The notes under the pieces: generated by a model
Told to the model about the DNA's origin: nothing
The model's database searches: none
The model's input: only the letters and a program-made list of their open reading frames with translations
Position numbers and translations under genes: made by a program
Assembly (NCBI GenBank): GCA_043825875.1
Contig: JBDRRF010000048.1
Span: 1 to 27,204 of the forward strand
Length of the DNA stretch: 27,204 bases
Direction of reading: 5' to 3'
Origin: Pseudomonadota bacterium
GTDB lineage: Bacteria; Desulfobacterota; Desulfobacteria; Desulfobacterales; RPRI01
Shown here: one piece after another, positions 10,230 through 20,593 of the stretch
Position numbering within the stretch: the first letter of the stretch is position 1
Layout of the letters: each line of letters begins with the position of its first letter

Positions 10230-12350
10230 CTATTTCCGGCTTTCAAAAAGAGCATTTAATACCTTGTTGGAAGACTCAGTGATCGGTGTGCCTGGACCAA
10301 ATATTCCAACAGCGCCTGCTTTGTACAGAAAGTCGTAATCTGAAGGAGGAATTATGCCTCCCACAACAACAAGAATATCTTTTGCGCCTTCAGCTTTAAG
10401 GGCTTCAATGAGTTGTGGTACAAGCACCTTGTGACCTGCTGCAAGGCTTGAAACTCCGACAACATGAACGTCATTTTCTACAGCCATACGTGCAGCCTCT
10501 TCCGGTGTCTGGAACATCGGGCTTATATCGACATCAAACCCCAGATCGGCAAAAGCGGTGGCAACAACCTTAACGCCGCGGTCATGCCCATCCTGGCCCA
10601 TTTTTGTCAGTAAGATTCTCGGTCTTCTTCCATCTATCTCAAAAAATTCATCCGTTCTTTTCTTGATGGAAGCAATTATCTCACTGTCTCCATATTCAGA
10701 GGCAAAAACTCCCGAAATACACTGTGTAGTGGCAACAAATCTTCCGAATACTTTTTCCATGGCATCCGTAATCTCCCCTATTGTCGCTCTGGCGCGCACA
10801 GCCGGAAGACATGCTTCAAGAAGATTGCCACCGGATTCAGCGCAGTTGGTTATTGCTTCAAGTGTTTTTTGGACTTCGGCTGCGTTTCTTTTCGCCTTGA
10901 TTTCCTTTAGTCTTGCAACCTGCTCCTCACGTACAGTGGCCGACACCTCAAGAACATCAAGCGGTATTTCTTCTTCCATTTTATATTTATTCACACCGAC
11001 AATAACATCTTTGCCCTGATCTATTCTTGCCTGTTTTCTCGCTGCTGCCTCTTCAATTCTCATTTTAGGCATGCCGGTAGTAATGGCTTTAGCCATTCCG
11101 CCAAGATCTTCGATTTCTTTTATTATCTTTTTTGATTCAGTAATAATGGCATTGGTAAGTGATTCAACATAATATGAGCCGCCGAGAGGATCTACAACAT
11201 GGCATACCTGGGATTCTTCCTGGACGATGATCTGTGTATTTCTTGCAACTCTTGCCGAAAAATCCGTCGGCAATCCTACAGCTTCATCAAAAGCATTGGT
11301 ATGCAAAGACTGTGTTCCGCCAAGTACTGCCGAAAGGCATTCCAAGGTTGTCCTTATTATATTATTATAAGGATCCTGTTGAGTAAGGCTCCAGCCGGAT
11401 GTTTGGCAATGGGTTCTTAACATCAAAGACTGCTTCTTTTTTGGATTAAACTGGCTCATTATATCGGCCCAAAGATAACGGGCTGCTCTTAGCATTGCTA
11501 TATCCATGAAAAAATTCATTCCTATTCCGAAGAAAAAGGAAAGACGTGGAGCAAAAGCATCTATATCAAGTCCTGCCGCAAGTGCTGCTTTTGCGTACTC
11601 AAGGCCATCGGCCAGAGTAAACGCAGTCTGTAAAACCGAACTTGCTCCGGCTTCCATCATATGGTAACCGCTTATGCTGACCGTATTGTATTTAGGCATA
11701 TTTCTTGAGCAGAATCCGATAATATCGGATATGATTCTCATGGACGGTTCGGGTGGATAGATATATGTGTTTCTTGTAAGGTATTCTTTTAAAATATCAT
11801 TTTGAATGGTACCGTTTAATTTTTCATGTGCAACACCTTGTTCTTCCGCAGCAACAATGTAACCTGCAAGAATGGGAAGAACAGCGCCGTTCATAGTCAT
11901 CGATACGGACATCTCATCAAGCGGAATCTGGTCAAACAGGATTTTCATATCTTCTATTGAATCTACTGCAACTCCGGCTTTACCGACATCACCCACTACT
12001 CTGGGATGGTCTGAATCATAACCCCTGTGAGTAGCAAGGTCGAAAGCAACGGAAAGCCCTTTTTGCCCTGCGGCAAGATTTCTTCTGTAAAACGCATTTG
12101 ATTCTTTCGCAGTTGAAAAACCGGCATATTGCCGTATAGTCCATGGCCTTCCAGCATACATACTGGCCTTGACCCCTCTGACGTAAGGTTCAAATCCGGG
12201 AAGAGAATTGACAAATTCCAGACCCTCAAGATCTTCTGCAGTATAAAGCGGTTTCACCGTGATACCTTCGGGTGTTTGCCAGTTTAGAGATTCTACGGGC
12301 TTTTTGGTTTCTTTTGCACATAACTCAGCCCAATCATTTATATTCGGCAT
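10230..12350 (-). CDS. scpA: Methylmalonyl-CoA mutase (AdoCbl-dependent, single chain)
   Basis: RQYAGF (Tyr typical of MCM rather than isobutyryl-CoA mutase), [17 protein letters not shown]12-binding motif. ATG 12350 follows a GAAGGAG RBS. Confidence 0.96.
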   Translation of the reverse strand: MPNINDWAELCAKETKKPVESLNWQTPEGITVKPLYTAEDLEGLEFVNSLPGFEPYVRGVKASMYAGRPWTIRQYAGFSTAKESNAFYRRNLAAGQKGLSVAFDLATHRGYDSDHPRVVGDVGKAGVAVDSIEDMKILFDQIPLDEMSVSMTMNGAVLPILAGYIVAAEEQGVAHEKLNGTIQNDILKEYLTRNTYIYPPEPSMRIISDIIGFCSRNMPKYNTVSISGYHMMEAGASSVLQTAFTLADGLEYAKAALAAGLDIDAFAPRLSFFFGIGMNFFMDIAMLRAARYLWADIMSQFNPKKKQSLMLRTHCQTSGWSLTQQDPYNNIIRTTLECLSAVLGGTQSLHTNAFDEAVGLPTDFSARVARNTQIIVQEESQVCHVVDPLGGSYYVESLTNAIITESKKIIKEIEDLGGMAKAITTGMPKMRIEEAAARKQARIDQGKDVIVGVNKYKMEEEIPLDVLEVSATVREEQVARLKEIKAKRNAAEVQKTLEAITNCAESGGNLLEACLPAVRARATIGEITDAMEKVFGRFVATTQCISGVFASEYGDSEIIASIKKRTDEFFEIDGRRPRILLTKMGQDGHDRGVKVVATAFADLGFDVDISPMFQTPEEAARMAVENDVHVVGVSSLAAGHKVLVPQLIEALKAEGAKDILVVVGGIIPPSDYDFLYKAGAVGIFGPGTPITESSNKVLNALFESRK

Positions 12351-12412
12351 TTCATATACTCCTTCAAACAACAAATTAATTTAATTTATGATAAATATTT
12401 TGCAAACCTTTC

Positions 12413-12817
12413 TTATTTTCTTTCGCACAACTCAACCAAAACTCCGCATGTTGCCTTTGGATGTAAGAAAGCAATCCTGGCTCCACCTGCACCTTTACGG
12501 GCTTTTTCATCGATGAGCTTGATGCCTTTTGCTTTTAATTCTTCCAAAGCGGCATCAATATCATCTACACGAAAAGCAATATGCTGAACGCCTTCTCCGC
12601 GTTTTTCAAGATATTTTGCAATTGGTCCATCCGCAGAAGTAGATTCCAAAAGTTCAACTTCGCTTTCTCCTACAGGCAAAAATGCCGTGGTCACTTTCTG
12701 TTCTTCAACAGTTTCATCGCCAGCATATGATAAACCCAAAACATCGGTCCAGAAATTTTTCTTTTCGTCAATTTTACTTACAGCAACTCCAATATGGTCA
12801 ATTTTTAAAATTTTCAT
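12413..12817 (-). CDS. mce: Methylmalonyl-CoA epimerase
   Basis: IDHIGVAV, ELLES, GVQHIAF, FLHPK, GVLVEL; next to the mutase. Confidence 0.95.
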   Translation of the reverse strand: MKILKIDHIGVAVSKIDEKKNFWTDVLGLSYAGDETVEEQKVTTAFLPVGESEVELLESTSADGPIAKYLEKRGEGVQHIAFRVDDIDAALEELKAKGIKLIDEKARKGAGGARIAFLHPKATCGVLVELCERK

Positions 12818-12917
12818 AAATTACTCCTGCTATTAAAATCTATTTAAAAATATTTACGAACTTAAAACAATATCCATCGTAATTGATACTTTCTCAAAAA
12901 ACAAAAGATATTTAAGT

Positions 12918-13535
12918 TTAACATGGATTTGAAATCCCACGCCACACCATTTCAAAGAGTGAGTTGGCATTTGCTACCAAACTTTCTTTCTGGCCCCGGG
13001 AAACCCACATAAAAAACGACCGTTGTACAAAACCCAACATGAAATCCAGCAGAATTCCTGCACGCACATCAGGATTTAAAACACCTTCTTTCTGGCCCTC
13101 GTGCAAAACCTCAAGAAAAAGGTTTATCATTTTCTTTTGTTGAAAAGTTTTATCCGACATCCATGTTTTCATGGGAAGCGTCATAAATAATATTTTCCCA
13201 AGCTCAGGATTCTTTTCATAATAGTCCATTTGAACCCAAAAAACTTTTCGCAGCTTCTCCTTTAAATCCTCTATGCCTTGAAGGTGGTCAATAATCCTGT
13301 CTGTAAGTCTTCCTATCCAGATATCCGCAACTGCAAAAACAAGCCCTTCTTTGCTTCCGTAATGACCATAAATAACATTTAAGCTGACCCCGGCTTTTTT
13401 GGCTACAGTGCGTATATTTGCTTTATGGAAATCCGATTCGGAAAAAATTTCCAGAGCAGCCTCTTCAAGCCGTTTTTGAGTTTCCGGTTTAAAAACTTTG
13501 TTACTATTCTTATTATTCTTGTTTTCGTCTTTCAA
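12918..13535 (-). CDS. TetR/AcrR family transcriptional regulator
   Basis: N-terminal HTH (NIRTVAKKAGVSLNVIYGHYGSKEGL); TTG start, uncertain. Confidence 0.9.
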   Translation of the reverse strand: MKDENKNNKNSNKVFKPETQKRLEEAALEIFSESDFHKANIRTVAKKAGVSLNVIYGHYGSKEGLVFAVADIWIGRLTDRIIDHLQGIEDLKEKLRKVFWVQMDYYEKNPELGKILFMTLPMKTWMSDKTFQQKKMINLFLEVLHEGQKEGVLNPDVRAGILLDFMLGFVQRSFFMWVSRGQKESLVANANSLFEMVWRGISNPC

Positions 13536-13920
13536 AATATACCCATTATAACATAATGATTTTAAAGCAAAATAGCTTGTGGCATAAATATTTTATAAAA
13601 TTTATCTGCCTTTTAGAAATGATGTTCTCATATAAAATAATTAACAACATATTGATATTAATATTAAATAAATTCGAACTTAAATCGGGGTATAGAAAAT
13701 TCAAAACAACGTTTATTTTTGTGTATATGAATGAATATGTTCTGTCAACTACAAAAAATTGGTTGAAAGTTACAGGCTAAGAGTTTTGAATAATTCATAT
13801 TTACCACATTAAGATATGGCTTTAAAATAAAAGATGTATAAAGATACCAACTTGTATTGACAGATAATACCTTTTTTTGCATACTTTCAGTGGATAACAA
13901 AATAATAACAGGAGGTTTTT

Positions 13921-14685
13921 GTGGAATTTGACTGCATAATATATGACAAGTCGGATATGGTAGCTACAATAAAGCTGAACCGCCCCAAGGTTCTTAATGC
14001 CATGAATAAACAATTATGGATTGATTTACAGGTTGCGCTTGATGATGCAGGCAATGATCCGAATATTAAGGCTCTTATAATAACAGGGGAGGGGCGTGCT
14101 TTTTCAACAGGTGCGGATCTTAAGGAATCTAAAACAAGAAGCGCTGAAGCTTACCGTGATTACCTTAAAGAGTTGCAGGAAGCATCCCGAAAAATCATCC
14201 GTTTTGAAAAACCTACAATTGCTGCAATTAACGGATTTGCTCTTGGATCAGGGTATGAACTTGCTCTTGCATGTGATATTCGAATTGCTGCAGATGACGC
14301 ACAAATCGGTTCTCCTGAAGCAAGAGTTAATTCTTCCGTCACAGGTGGTGCCATGCGTCTCATCCAGAAACTTATCGGACCCGGTAAAGCAAAAGAACTT
14401 CTCTTTACAGCAAAAAATATCGATGGCAAAGAAGCTGAAAGGATAGGGCTTGTTAACCTTTCTGTTTTGCCGGAAATACTTATTGAAACTGCGAGAAATA
14501 TGGCAAAGGAAATTTCGCAGAATTCCTCATTTTCTTTAAAGATGATAAAAAAGGGTCTTAATATGGCAGATGAGGTAAGTATGGAGGCGCTTATGGAATA
14601 TGAAATCGAAGCTTGCCTTGCCTGTGTTTCTACAAAAGAAAGAGAAGCATCGTTAAAGGATTTTGAGGAGAGGAAAAAAACTTAG
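13921..14685 (+). CDS. Enoyl-CoA hydratase/isomerase family protein
   Basis: FSTGADL, GSGYELALACD, SPEA; GTG start after AGGAGG. Confidence 0.92.
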   Translation: MEFDCIIYDKSDMVATIKLNRPKVLNAMNKQLWIDLQVALDDAGNDPNIKALIITGEGRAFSTGADLKESKTRSAEAYRDYLKELQEASRKIIRFEKPTIAAINGFALGSGYELALACDIRIAADDAQIGSPEARVNSSVTGGAMRLIQKLIGPGKAKELLFTAKNIDGKEAERIGLVNLSVLPEILIETARNMAKEISQNSSFSLKMIKKGLNMADEVSMEALMEYEIEACLACVSTKEREASLKDFEERKKT

Positions 14686-14730
14686 TTTTTATAATCTTCA
14701 CTCTGTAAAACAAAAACAGAAAGGTGAAAA

Positions 14731-16899
14731 ATGCCGTTAGACAAAATTTTAGATGCTGAATCTGTTGCTATTGTGGGAGCCTCAAAAACCGATACGAAAC
14801 GTGGTTTCCAGGCAATTCGTACACTGCTTGATGAAAAATTTGAGGGAAAGATTTTCCCGGTTAACCCCAAAGAAAACAAGATACTTGGGATTCCATGTTA
14901 TAATAAGGTTTCAGATATACAGGAGCCCGTTGATATTGTACTTATAACTACTCCGGCCAGTACTATCCAGGCGGTGTTGAAAGATTGCGGCAAAAAAGGT
15001 GTTGCGGGCGCAGTTATAATCGCAGGGGGCTTCAGAGAGCTTGGGGAAAAAGGCAGAAAAGTCGAAGAAGAACTGATTGAAACGGCAAGAGAGCATAAGA
15101 TCAGAATAATCGGGCCTAATACTTCCGGTATGATGAATGTGAAAAGTAATCTTAATCTTGTTGGCTTACATGATGTTCCAAAGGGAGATATTGCCCTTAT
15201 ATCGCAAAGCGGAAATATGGCCTTAAGTCTCATAACGGAAGCCAGGTTAAAAAGCAGAAAAGGCTTTTCATATTATGTCGGGGTTGGAAATGAGCTTGAT
15301 ATAAGGTTTCATGAATATCTTGAATTTTTCAAAAATGACCCCGATACAAAGGCAATACTTATGTATGTTGAAGGAATGCGCGATGGTCGGCGTTTTCTTC
15401 AGGAAGCATACAAAACCTCATTGCATAAACCAATTATACTTCTTAAAAGCGGTCGATCCGTAACAGGCCAACTTTCAGCCGGATCACATACCGGGGCATT
15501 GGCAGGAATGTCAGAGGTATCAAAATCGGCCTTTAAAAGAGCCGGTATTATTGTGATTGAAAAGTCAGATGCTCTTTTTCCTGTAGCAGAATCCCTTTCA
15601 AATCTTCCCCTTATTAAGAATAACCGGATTGCAATATTGGCGGATGGTGGGGGCCATGCTACCATAGCTGCCGATATATTGTCCGATTTGGGAGTATTAA
15701 TTCCCGAACTTAGTGAACAGACTCAGCAAAAATTAAACAAAATTCTTCCTTTTACAGCTTCAGTCAGAAATCCGGTTGATGTGGCAGGCGGTACCGATTC
15801 AGATCCAACACTCTTTGCCGATTGTGCCCGAATCATTTTAAAAGATCACAATGTGGGAGGTTTGTTAATGGTCGGGCTTTTCGGAGGCTATGGCATTCGT
15901 TTTGCGGAAAGTCTTTCATTGCAGGAAGAAGATGCCGCACACCAATTGGGTAAACTTGTTACAAAGCAACACAAACCCATTGTAGTGCACAGCCTATACA
16001 GTTCTGTAAAACCACGTGCTCTTGATCTTTTGCGATATTATAAAGTTCCGGTCTATGATTCTCTGGATGTTTCCTGTAGATGCATTGCCGCTTTATCAGA
16101 GCGAGGCCAGTACATAGATGAATATCATGCCAAGATAAATTTTATCTTTAACTGGAGACAAAAAGCAAAACCGGAAGGTACCAATATTATTAATACAGCG
16201 ATTAAAGAGAACCGCCGGTATTTACTTGAGCCTGAAGCTAAACAGCTTTTAAGGATTCACGGGGCTCCTGTAAGCAATGATTCTCTGGCCAAAACAGCAG
16301 AGGAAGCAGTCAAATTTGCAGAAAAATATAATGATAAAGTTGCCCTTAAAATTGTATCTCCTGACATACTCCACAAAAGTGATGCAGGGGGTGTATGCCT
16401 TAATCTTAAAACCGGCAGTGAAATCAAAAAAGCTTTTAAAGATATAATGAATAACGCATTAAAATACAAACCTGATGCGGATATACGCGGGGTTCTTGTT
16501 TCACCAATGGCGAAAAAAGGCCTTGAAACAATAATAGGAACAAAGATTGACGACCAGTTCGGGCCGGTAATCATGTTTGGTCTGGGTGGTATTATGGTGG
16601 AAGTATTAAAAGATGTATCTTTCAGGGTTTTACCGATTTCTCCCCGTTCGGCAAGACACATGATGGATGAAATTAAGGGGTCGGTTTTACTAAACGGCAT
16701 AAGGGGAGAAAAACCTTATGATAAAGCGGCGGTTAGAAAATTATTGCTGCTTTGCTCCGAACTGATTGAATCCTATCCTGAGATTATGGAAATGGATTTA
16801 AATCCTGTGATTGTTTATGAAACCGGTATCCAGATTGTTGATGCGCGTATTATTTTAAACGATAAATGCTCGTTGGATATAAACACTGTAAAGGAATAA
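14731..16899 (+). CDS. ADP-forming acyl-CoA synthetase (acetate--CoA ligase family, fused alpha-beta)
   Basis: IIGPN, SQSG, SHTGALAG phospho-His, NPVD, ATP-grasp region ILHKSDAGGV, DLNPV. Confidence 0.92.
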   Translation: MPLDKILDAESVAIVGASKTDTKRGFQAIRTLLDEKFEGKIFPVNPKENKILGIPCYNKVSDIQEPVDIVLITTPASTIQAVLKDCGKKGVAGAVIIAGGFRELGEKGRKVEEELIETAREHKIRIIGPNTSGMMNVKSNLNLVGLHDVPKGDIALISQSGNMALSLITEARLKSRKGFSYYVGVGNELDIRFHEYLEFFKNDPDTKAILMYVEGMRDGRRFLQEAYKTSLHKPIILLKSGRSVTGQLSAGSHTGALAGMSEVSKSAFKRAGIIVIEKSDALFPVAESLSNLPLIKNNRIAILADGGGHATIAADILSDLGVLIPELSEQTQQKLNKILPFTASVRNPVDVAGGTDSDPTLFADCARIILKDHNVGGLLMVGLFGGYGIRFAESLSLQEEDAAHQLGKLVTKQHKPIVVHSLYSSVKPRALDLLRYYKVPVYDSLDVSCRCIAALSERGQYIDEYHAKINFIFNWRQKAKPEGTNIINTAIKENRRYLLEPEAKQLLRIHGAPVSNDSLAKTAEEAVKFAEKYNDKVALKIVSPDILHKSDAGGVCLNLKTGSEIKKAFKDIMNNALKYKPDADIRGVLVSPMAKKGLETIIGTKIDDQFGPVIMFGLGGIMVEVLKDVSFRVLPISPRSARHMMDEIKGSVLLNGIRGEKPYDKAAVRKLLLLCSELIESYPEIMEMDLNPVIVYETGIQIVDARIILNDKCSLDINTVKE

Positions 16900-16947
16900 G
16901 ATTTTTTGAGTTTTTACGAACGCACCATAATTGGATTTTTATAAATA

Positions 16948-17526
16948 ATGATAGATTTTAATAACGCAGAATTTTATAGTTGGGTAGTACTGCCGGCTCT
17001 TGTTTTTTTTGCAAGACTTATTGATGTTTCCATCGGTACTATAAGAATTATATATGTTTCAAAAGGCATTAAATTTCTTGCCGCGTTATGCGGCTTTTTT
17101 GAAGTTCTTGTGTGGCTGGTTGCTATAACACAAATCATGCAGAATTTATCCAATTGGTTGATTTATATCACCTATGCCGCAGGCTTTGCTTCAGGTAATA
17201 TTGTCGGAATTTTCCTTGAGGAAAAACTTGCTGTAGGTTATGTGGCCCTGAGGATAATTGCACAAAAAGACGCACAGGAACTGGTTGATCATATAAGAGA
17301 AAAAAATTACGGGGTAACGGTTTTCGGAGCAAGCGGGCTTAACGGAAAGGTTCGGCTGGTATTTACAATAGCTAAAAGAAAAGATATTCCTGAACTTGTA
17401 GAAATAATAAAAAAATATAACCCCAGAGCATTTTACTCAATAGAAGATGTTAAAATGATAAGCAACGGTACTACAGGTTTGGCTCCAAAAAACATTTTTG
17501 GAGCAGGATATTTTTTGAGAAAATAA
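16948..17526 (+). CDS. DUF2179/UPF0316 family membrane protein
   Basis: ARLIDVSIGTIR, GFFEVLVW, YAAGFASGN, C-terminal NPRAFYSIEDV. Confidence 0.85.
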   Translation: MIDFNNAEFYSWVVLPALVFFARLIDVSIGTIRIIYVSKGIKFLAALCGFFEVLVWLVAITQIMQNLSNWLIYITYAAGFASGNIVGIFLEEKLAVGYVALRIIAQKDAQELVDHIREKNYGVTVFGASGLNGKVRLVFTIAKRKDIPELVEIIKKYNPRAFYSIEDVKMISNGTTGLAPKNIFGAGYFLRK

Positions 17527-17530
17527 ATTT

Positions 17531-18118
17531 TCACCGCTTCTTTTCAATCTGTTCCGGAACTATCCGTTCACCGGGATATACCCTGCGCTCATTTTTGGGT
17601 GTGGGGTGCTTAACTGAAGGCCAGTGGCCGGGTTGAGGTTCTACTCCTTCCACCGCTACATCGCCTGGTGCAGTGTCTTTTTCCACCGGATACTTGCGGA
17701 TATTTACATCTTTTACCGTTGCGCTAAACTCAATGGCAATATTATTTGGATCAAAAGTATAAATAGAGTGAATAAATCCGTGATCCACCACCTCGGATAC
17801 CCACACGCCTGCGGCATCAAGACGATCTTTAAGTTGCCACAGCGCATCATCATCAGCGACTTCCAATGATACATGGTCGAAGGCGAAAGGGCCTTTAACC
17901 GGAGCCCCATGATCTTTTTCTGGAATAGGTTTAACATCAGACCACTCAAAAAAAGCAATCATATCATGAGCGGTAATTTCAAAGAAATACTGACGATACC
18001 CAGGCCTGCCGTACTTGGCCACCAAACGCATACCCAGCAAGTCCCGCCAGAAACGTATGGTTTGATCAAGATCACTGGTTGCCATTGCCAGGTGATTTAT
18101 ACCGGTATATTTTATCAT
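17531..18118 (-). CDS. VOC (glyoxalase-like) family protein
   Basis: GINHLAMAT, FDHVSL, SIYTFDPNNIAIEF. Confidence 0.88.
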   Translation of the reverse strand: MIKYTGINHLAMATSDLDQTIRFWRDLLGMRLVAKYGRPGYRQYFFEITAHDMIAFFEWSDVKPIPEKDHGAPVKGPFAFDHVSLEVADDDALWQLKDRLDAAGVWVSEVVDHGFIHSIYTFDPNNIAIEFSATVKDVNIRKYPVEKDTAPGDVAVEGVEPQPGHWPSVKHPTPKNERRVYPGERIVPEQIEKKR

Positions 18119-18168
18119 AGGAAAGTATCAAATTATCTTTTATTTTGGACTCGTAGAAACCAAATACA

Positions 18169-18296
18169 GACGGCAAAGTAAAAAGCTCATTATGCAAGGC
18201 GCGCAAGTCTTGAGGAATGAAGCGTACTTAATGGTACGCTGCAATGACGAAAGATGAAGCGCAACACAGCAGAATGACTTTTTACGAAGCCGTCAA
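18169..18296. mobile_element. MITE, GACGGC...GCCGTC family, copy 1
   Basis: Left end GACGGCAAAGTAAAAAG versus reverse complement of right end GACGGCTTCGTAAAAAG; body is homologous to 19282-19456. Confidence 0.85.
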
Positions 18297-18922
18297 TCTT
18301 TAAATACCAGCTTTCCGCCCAGAAATCCGGCAATCCCGGCAGCTCCCAGCACTATAAGGCCAAGGCCAACATAGATCCAGCGCTGTTCGGATTGAGCGGA
18401 GATTATATTTGGATTAATGCCGCGCCAGATTACCATAATCGCGGCCAATAAGGTTACAATCCCTCCGCATATTATTTTGGTTCTGAATAAAGCGGTCATT
18501 TTCCCACCGTATTTTATATGCCACTCATTATATCCTGAAAAAAGGACCAGGGGCATTGTCAGAAGAACAAAAACCATATTGTAAAATGCAGCTTGTCCCA
18601 AAGTATAAAAATCAAATACAGCGGCAATAAAAATGAACAACACCGCAGCCGGCAAGACGCCATTCGGGATATGAACGGAAATCGGATGGGCATGATGTTT
18701 AACCATCAGGTTTCTTATCTTGCTATATGAACTTTTTTTATCCGCAGCGGATGTATTCTGCTCTTTTGTGCTGCCTGGTTTGGAAGCTGTTTTACCTGCT
18801 TTTTCTTCTTTGCCGGTAATTTCGATGAACTTGCTGCGATCCGCTCCGCAAACCGGGCATTTTTCAGGTGGCTCATTGCCTGTATGAATATATCCGCAAA
18901 CTGTACATTCCCATTTACGCAT
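18293..18922 (-). CDS. Rubredoxin-like domain + DUF2231-like membrane domain protein
   Basis: WECTVCGY...CPVCG N-terminus, HPISVHIP, four hydrophobic segments, terminal [12 protein letters not shown] 18922 has better RBS spacing than 18928. Confidence 0.85.
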   Translation of the reverse strand: MRKWECTVCGYIHTGNEPPEKCPVCGADRSKFIEITGKEEKAGKTASKPGSTKEQNTSAADKKSSYSKIRNLMVKHHAHPISVHIPNGVLPAAVLFIFIAAVFDFYTLGQAAFYNMVFVLLTMPLVLFSGYNEWHIKYGGKMTALFRTKIICGGIVTLLAAIMVIWRGINPNIISAQSEQRWIYVGLGLIVLGAAGIAGFLGGKLVFKD

Positions 18923-18996
18923 TGCCATTCTCCTTAATATAAATAATCGGTTATTTTTTTACCGGAAGTATGCCGGTTAAGATCAGGCAGTCATGT

Positions 18997-19161
18997 GAGC
19001 CAGTTTCAAAACGCCCCATTTTGGCCGATCTTAAGCGTTGGGCTCAAATTTCGCACGAAGTGAAGCTTTAGCGCTATCCTAGAAATACTAAATGTATTCC
19101 TGTGGTTGAAATTTTCTCCCGCCTTGAGCTTGAGCAAACTGAAACGTTTTGAAAGTGGCTC
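18997..19161. mobile_element. MITE with 17-bp terminal inverted repeats
   Basis: GAGCCAGTTTCAAAACG ... CGTTTTGAAAGTGGCTC (16/17 match); 165 bp, non-coding. Confidence 0.85.
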
Positions 19162-19281
19162 AATAATATAGTGTAAGCAATAAATTATATTGTACAAGCT
19201 TTTTTTATCATATTTACCAGATGAGATACAGTAAATTTAAATAACCGATTTTCCCCCGCCTCCATTGAAAATCATAGTTTG

Positions 19282-19456
19282 GACGGCTTCGTCAAAGCTT
19301 CTTATGCAAAGCGCGCGAGTTTTGAGGAATGAAATAGTTCGGCGGGGGTGTAAAATCCCACCCTACCGTAGGGCGGTATTTTATATGCCGCCAATGATGC
19401 TGCAATGACGAAAGATGAAGTGCAACACAGCATAGGAAGTTTTACGAAGCCGTCAA
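19282..19456. mobile_element. MITE, GACGGC...GCCGTC family, copy 2, carrying an internal insert
   Basis: Shares TTGAGGAATGAA and GCTGCAATGACGAAAGATGAAG.GCAACACAGCA with copy 1; near-perfect TIRs. Confidence 0.85.
19341..19392. repeat. Back-to-back pair of GTAG-type REP palindromes nested in MITE copy 2
   Basis: GGCGGGGGTGTAAAATCCCACCCTAC C GTAGGGCGGTATTTTATATGCCGCC; absent from copy 1. Confidence 0.7.
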
Positions 19457-20245
19457 GGTGCTTTCTGCCATACGCCAGATAACATTGGATTTGCCCGATA
19501 CATCTTCAAGTGTTTCAAAAAGTTCTGATACAAGTTTGCGGCGCATTACAAAATCTCTTCCCGGAAAAAGTGATGCCGACTGAGCGGGAATTGAAAAAAA
19601 ATCTTTTAAAAATTCTATATCAAAATCTCTAATCCAATTGTGATGGGTAACCGGGCCACAATAATTTTCCAGAGCCAGGCATACTTCACTGTAATCAGTA
19701 ATAACCCGAAAACGTGGCGCGGTTTCCCCAAGGCGCTTAAATGCCTCCACTACCAAGTCTTCTCCATTTACATCAACAATCTGCGGGTAAAAAGAAAAAG
19801 CAATCTTTCCGCCGGGCCTTAAACATTTACAAGCTTCTTTTATTGTTTGATTGATATCCGGAAACATAAAAATCGAAGCATTGTAAAAAACATAATCAAA
19901 AATTAGATTCCCCACAACTTCAGACAGACTTTCGCCATCACCGACTATCAAATCAATTTCTTCACAATCGCATAATCTCTTTCCGACTTCTACCATTTTT
20001 GCGGATATATCCACACCCAATACTTTGCAAAAATATTGCTTATTCAGCGCCTGTGCAGAAACACCGGTTCCACAACCCACATCAAGCACCGTAGTATTCG
20101 GCTTCATATGTATTGATTCAGCCAGCTTTAAAGCAAGAGATTCAAAGAAATGATACTTATCTTCAAAATCCTGGTAAAGCATACAACTGTCATCAAAGTT
20201 TTTTGTAATATTCAGTTTTACTTTTTCGTTAAAGTCAGGTTTCAT
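19442..20245 (-). CDS. Class I SAM-dependent methyltransferase
   Basis: VLDVGCGTG, GVDIS, GDGE, LRPGG. Start reset to ATG 20245 because the longer N-terminus runs through a REP doublet. Confidence 0.88.
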   Translation of the reverse strand: MKPDFNEKVKLNITKNFDDSCMLYQDFEDKYHFFESLALKLAESIHMKPNTTVLDVGCGTGVSAQALNKQYFCKVLGVDISAKMVEVGKRLCDCEEIDLIVGDGESLSEVVGNLIFDYVFYNASIFMFPDINQTIKEACKCLRPGGKIAFSFYPQIVDVNGEDLVVEAFKRLGETAPRFRVITDYSEVCLALENYCGPVTHHNWIRDFDIEFLKDFFSIPAQSASLFPGRDFVMRRKLVSELFETLEDVSGKSNVIWRMAESTLTAS

Positions 20246-20302
20246 TGTAGTGCCTATTTCCGCTATAGAGCGGGTATTAAATATTTCATTTAATATTTTG
20301 GG

Positions 20303-20379
20303 TGTCATATGAACCGTAGGGAGATATCTTCCACCGGCTCTCATATCCATTAAGATTTCTCACAGTGTTCGAAATGACA
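20303..20379. repeat. Inverted REP doublet (TGTCAT...AGATTTCTC...ATGACA type)
   Basis: TGTCATATGAACCGTAGGGAGATATCTT ... AAGATTTCTCACAGTGTTCGAAATGACA. Confidence 0.7.
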
Positions 20380-20444
20380 ATACGTGATCAACTTTGAGTT
20401 TACTATTCTCTACCCCACTAAAGTAAATGTAAATCCCCATAAAT

Positions 20445-20555
20445 TTCCCACTAATAAAGGAAGAACCGCTTTAATTCCCCCTTTAAAGGGGGAATCAGTG
20501 AAACATCCCCTTTTGTAAGTGGGAATAAGTGAGACAATCCTTTTCTAATGCGGAA
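20445..20555. repeat. Tandem degenerate CCCC-(T/A)n-GGGG REP hairpins (about 4 units, about 30-bp period)
   Basis: TTCCCACTAATAAAGGAAGAA, ATTCCCCCTTTAAAGGGGGAAT (perfect palindrome), ATCCCCTTTTGTAAGTGGGAAT, AATCCTTTTCTAATGCGGAA. Confidence 0.7.
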
Positions 20556-20593
20556 CGTGAGAGTAGAGATTGGCTTTCACCGAGATAACCTCA

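Noticed and set aside
10230..12350. Isobutyryl- or other acyl-CoA mutase variant
   Set aside because: The QYAGF Tyr and the Arg in KEYLTRNTY, plus adjacent mce and sucCD, indicate ordinary methylmalonyl-CoA specificity.
13556..14013. ORFs 13556-13780 and 13822-14013
   Set aside because: AT-rich promoter region with no motifs or RBS; the second overlaps the crotonase antisense.
2007..16700. Many antisense or alternate-frame ORFs (e.g. 2007-2387, 2650-3027, 7503-8237, 9412-9825, 10558-11019, 16257-16700)
   Set aside because: They are shadows of well-supported genes with no motifs of their own.
19006..19197. 63-aa minus-strand ORF
   Set aside because: It lies almost wholly within the MITE at 18997-19161.
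20246..20350. N-terminal extension of the methyltransferase
   Set aside because: It is encoded partly by the REP doublet; ATG 20245 is more plausible.
20445..20555. Regularly spaced palindromes as a CRISPR array
   Set aside because: The units are highly degenerate, the gaps are only about 8-10 bp, and there are no cas genes. They match the REP family seen at 26994.
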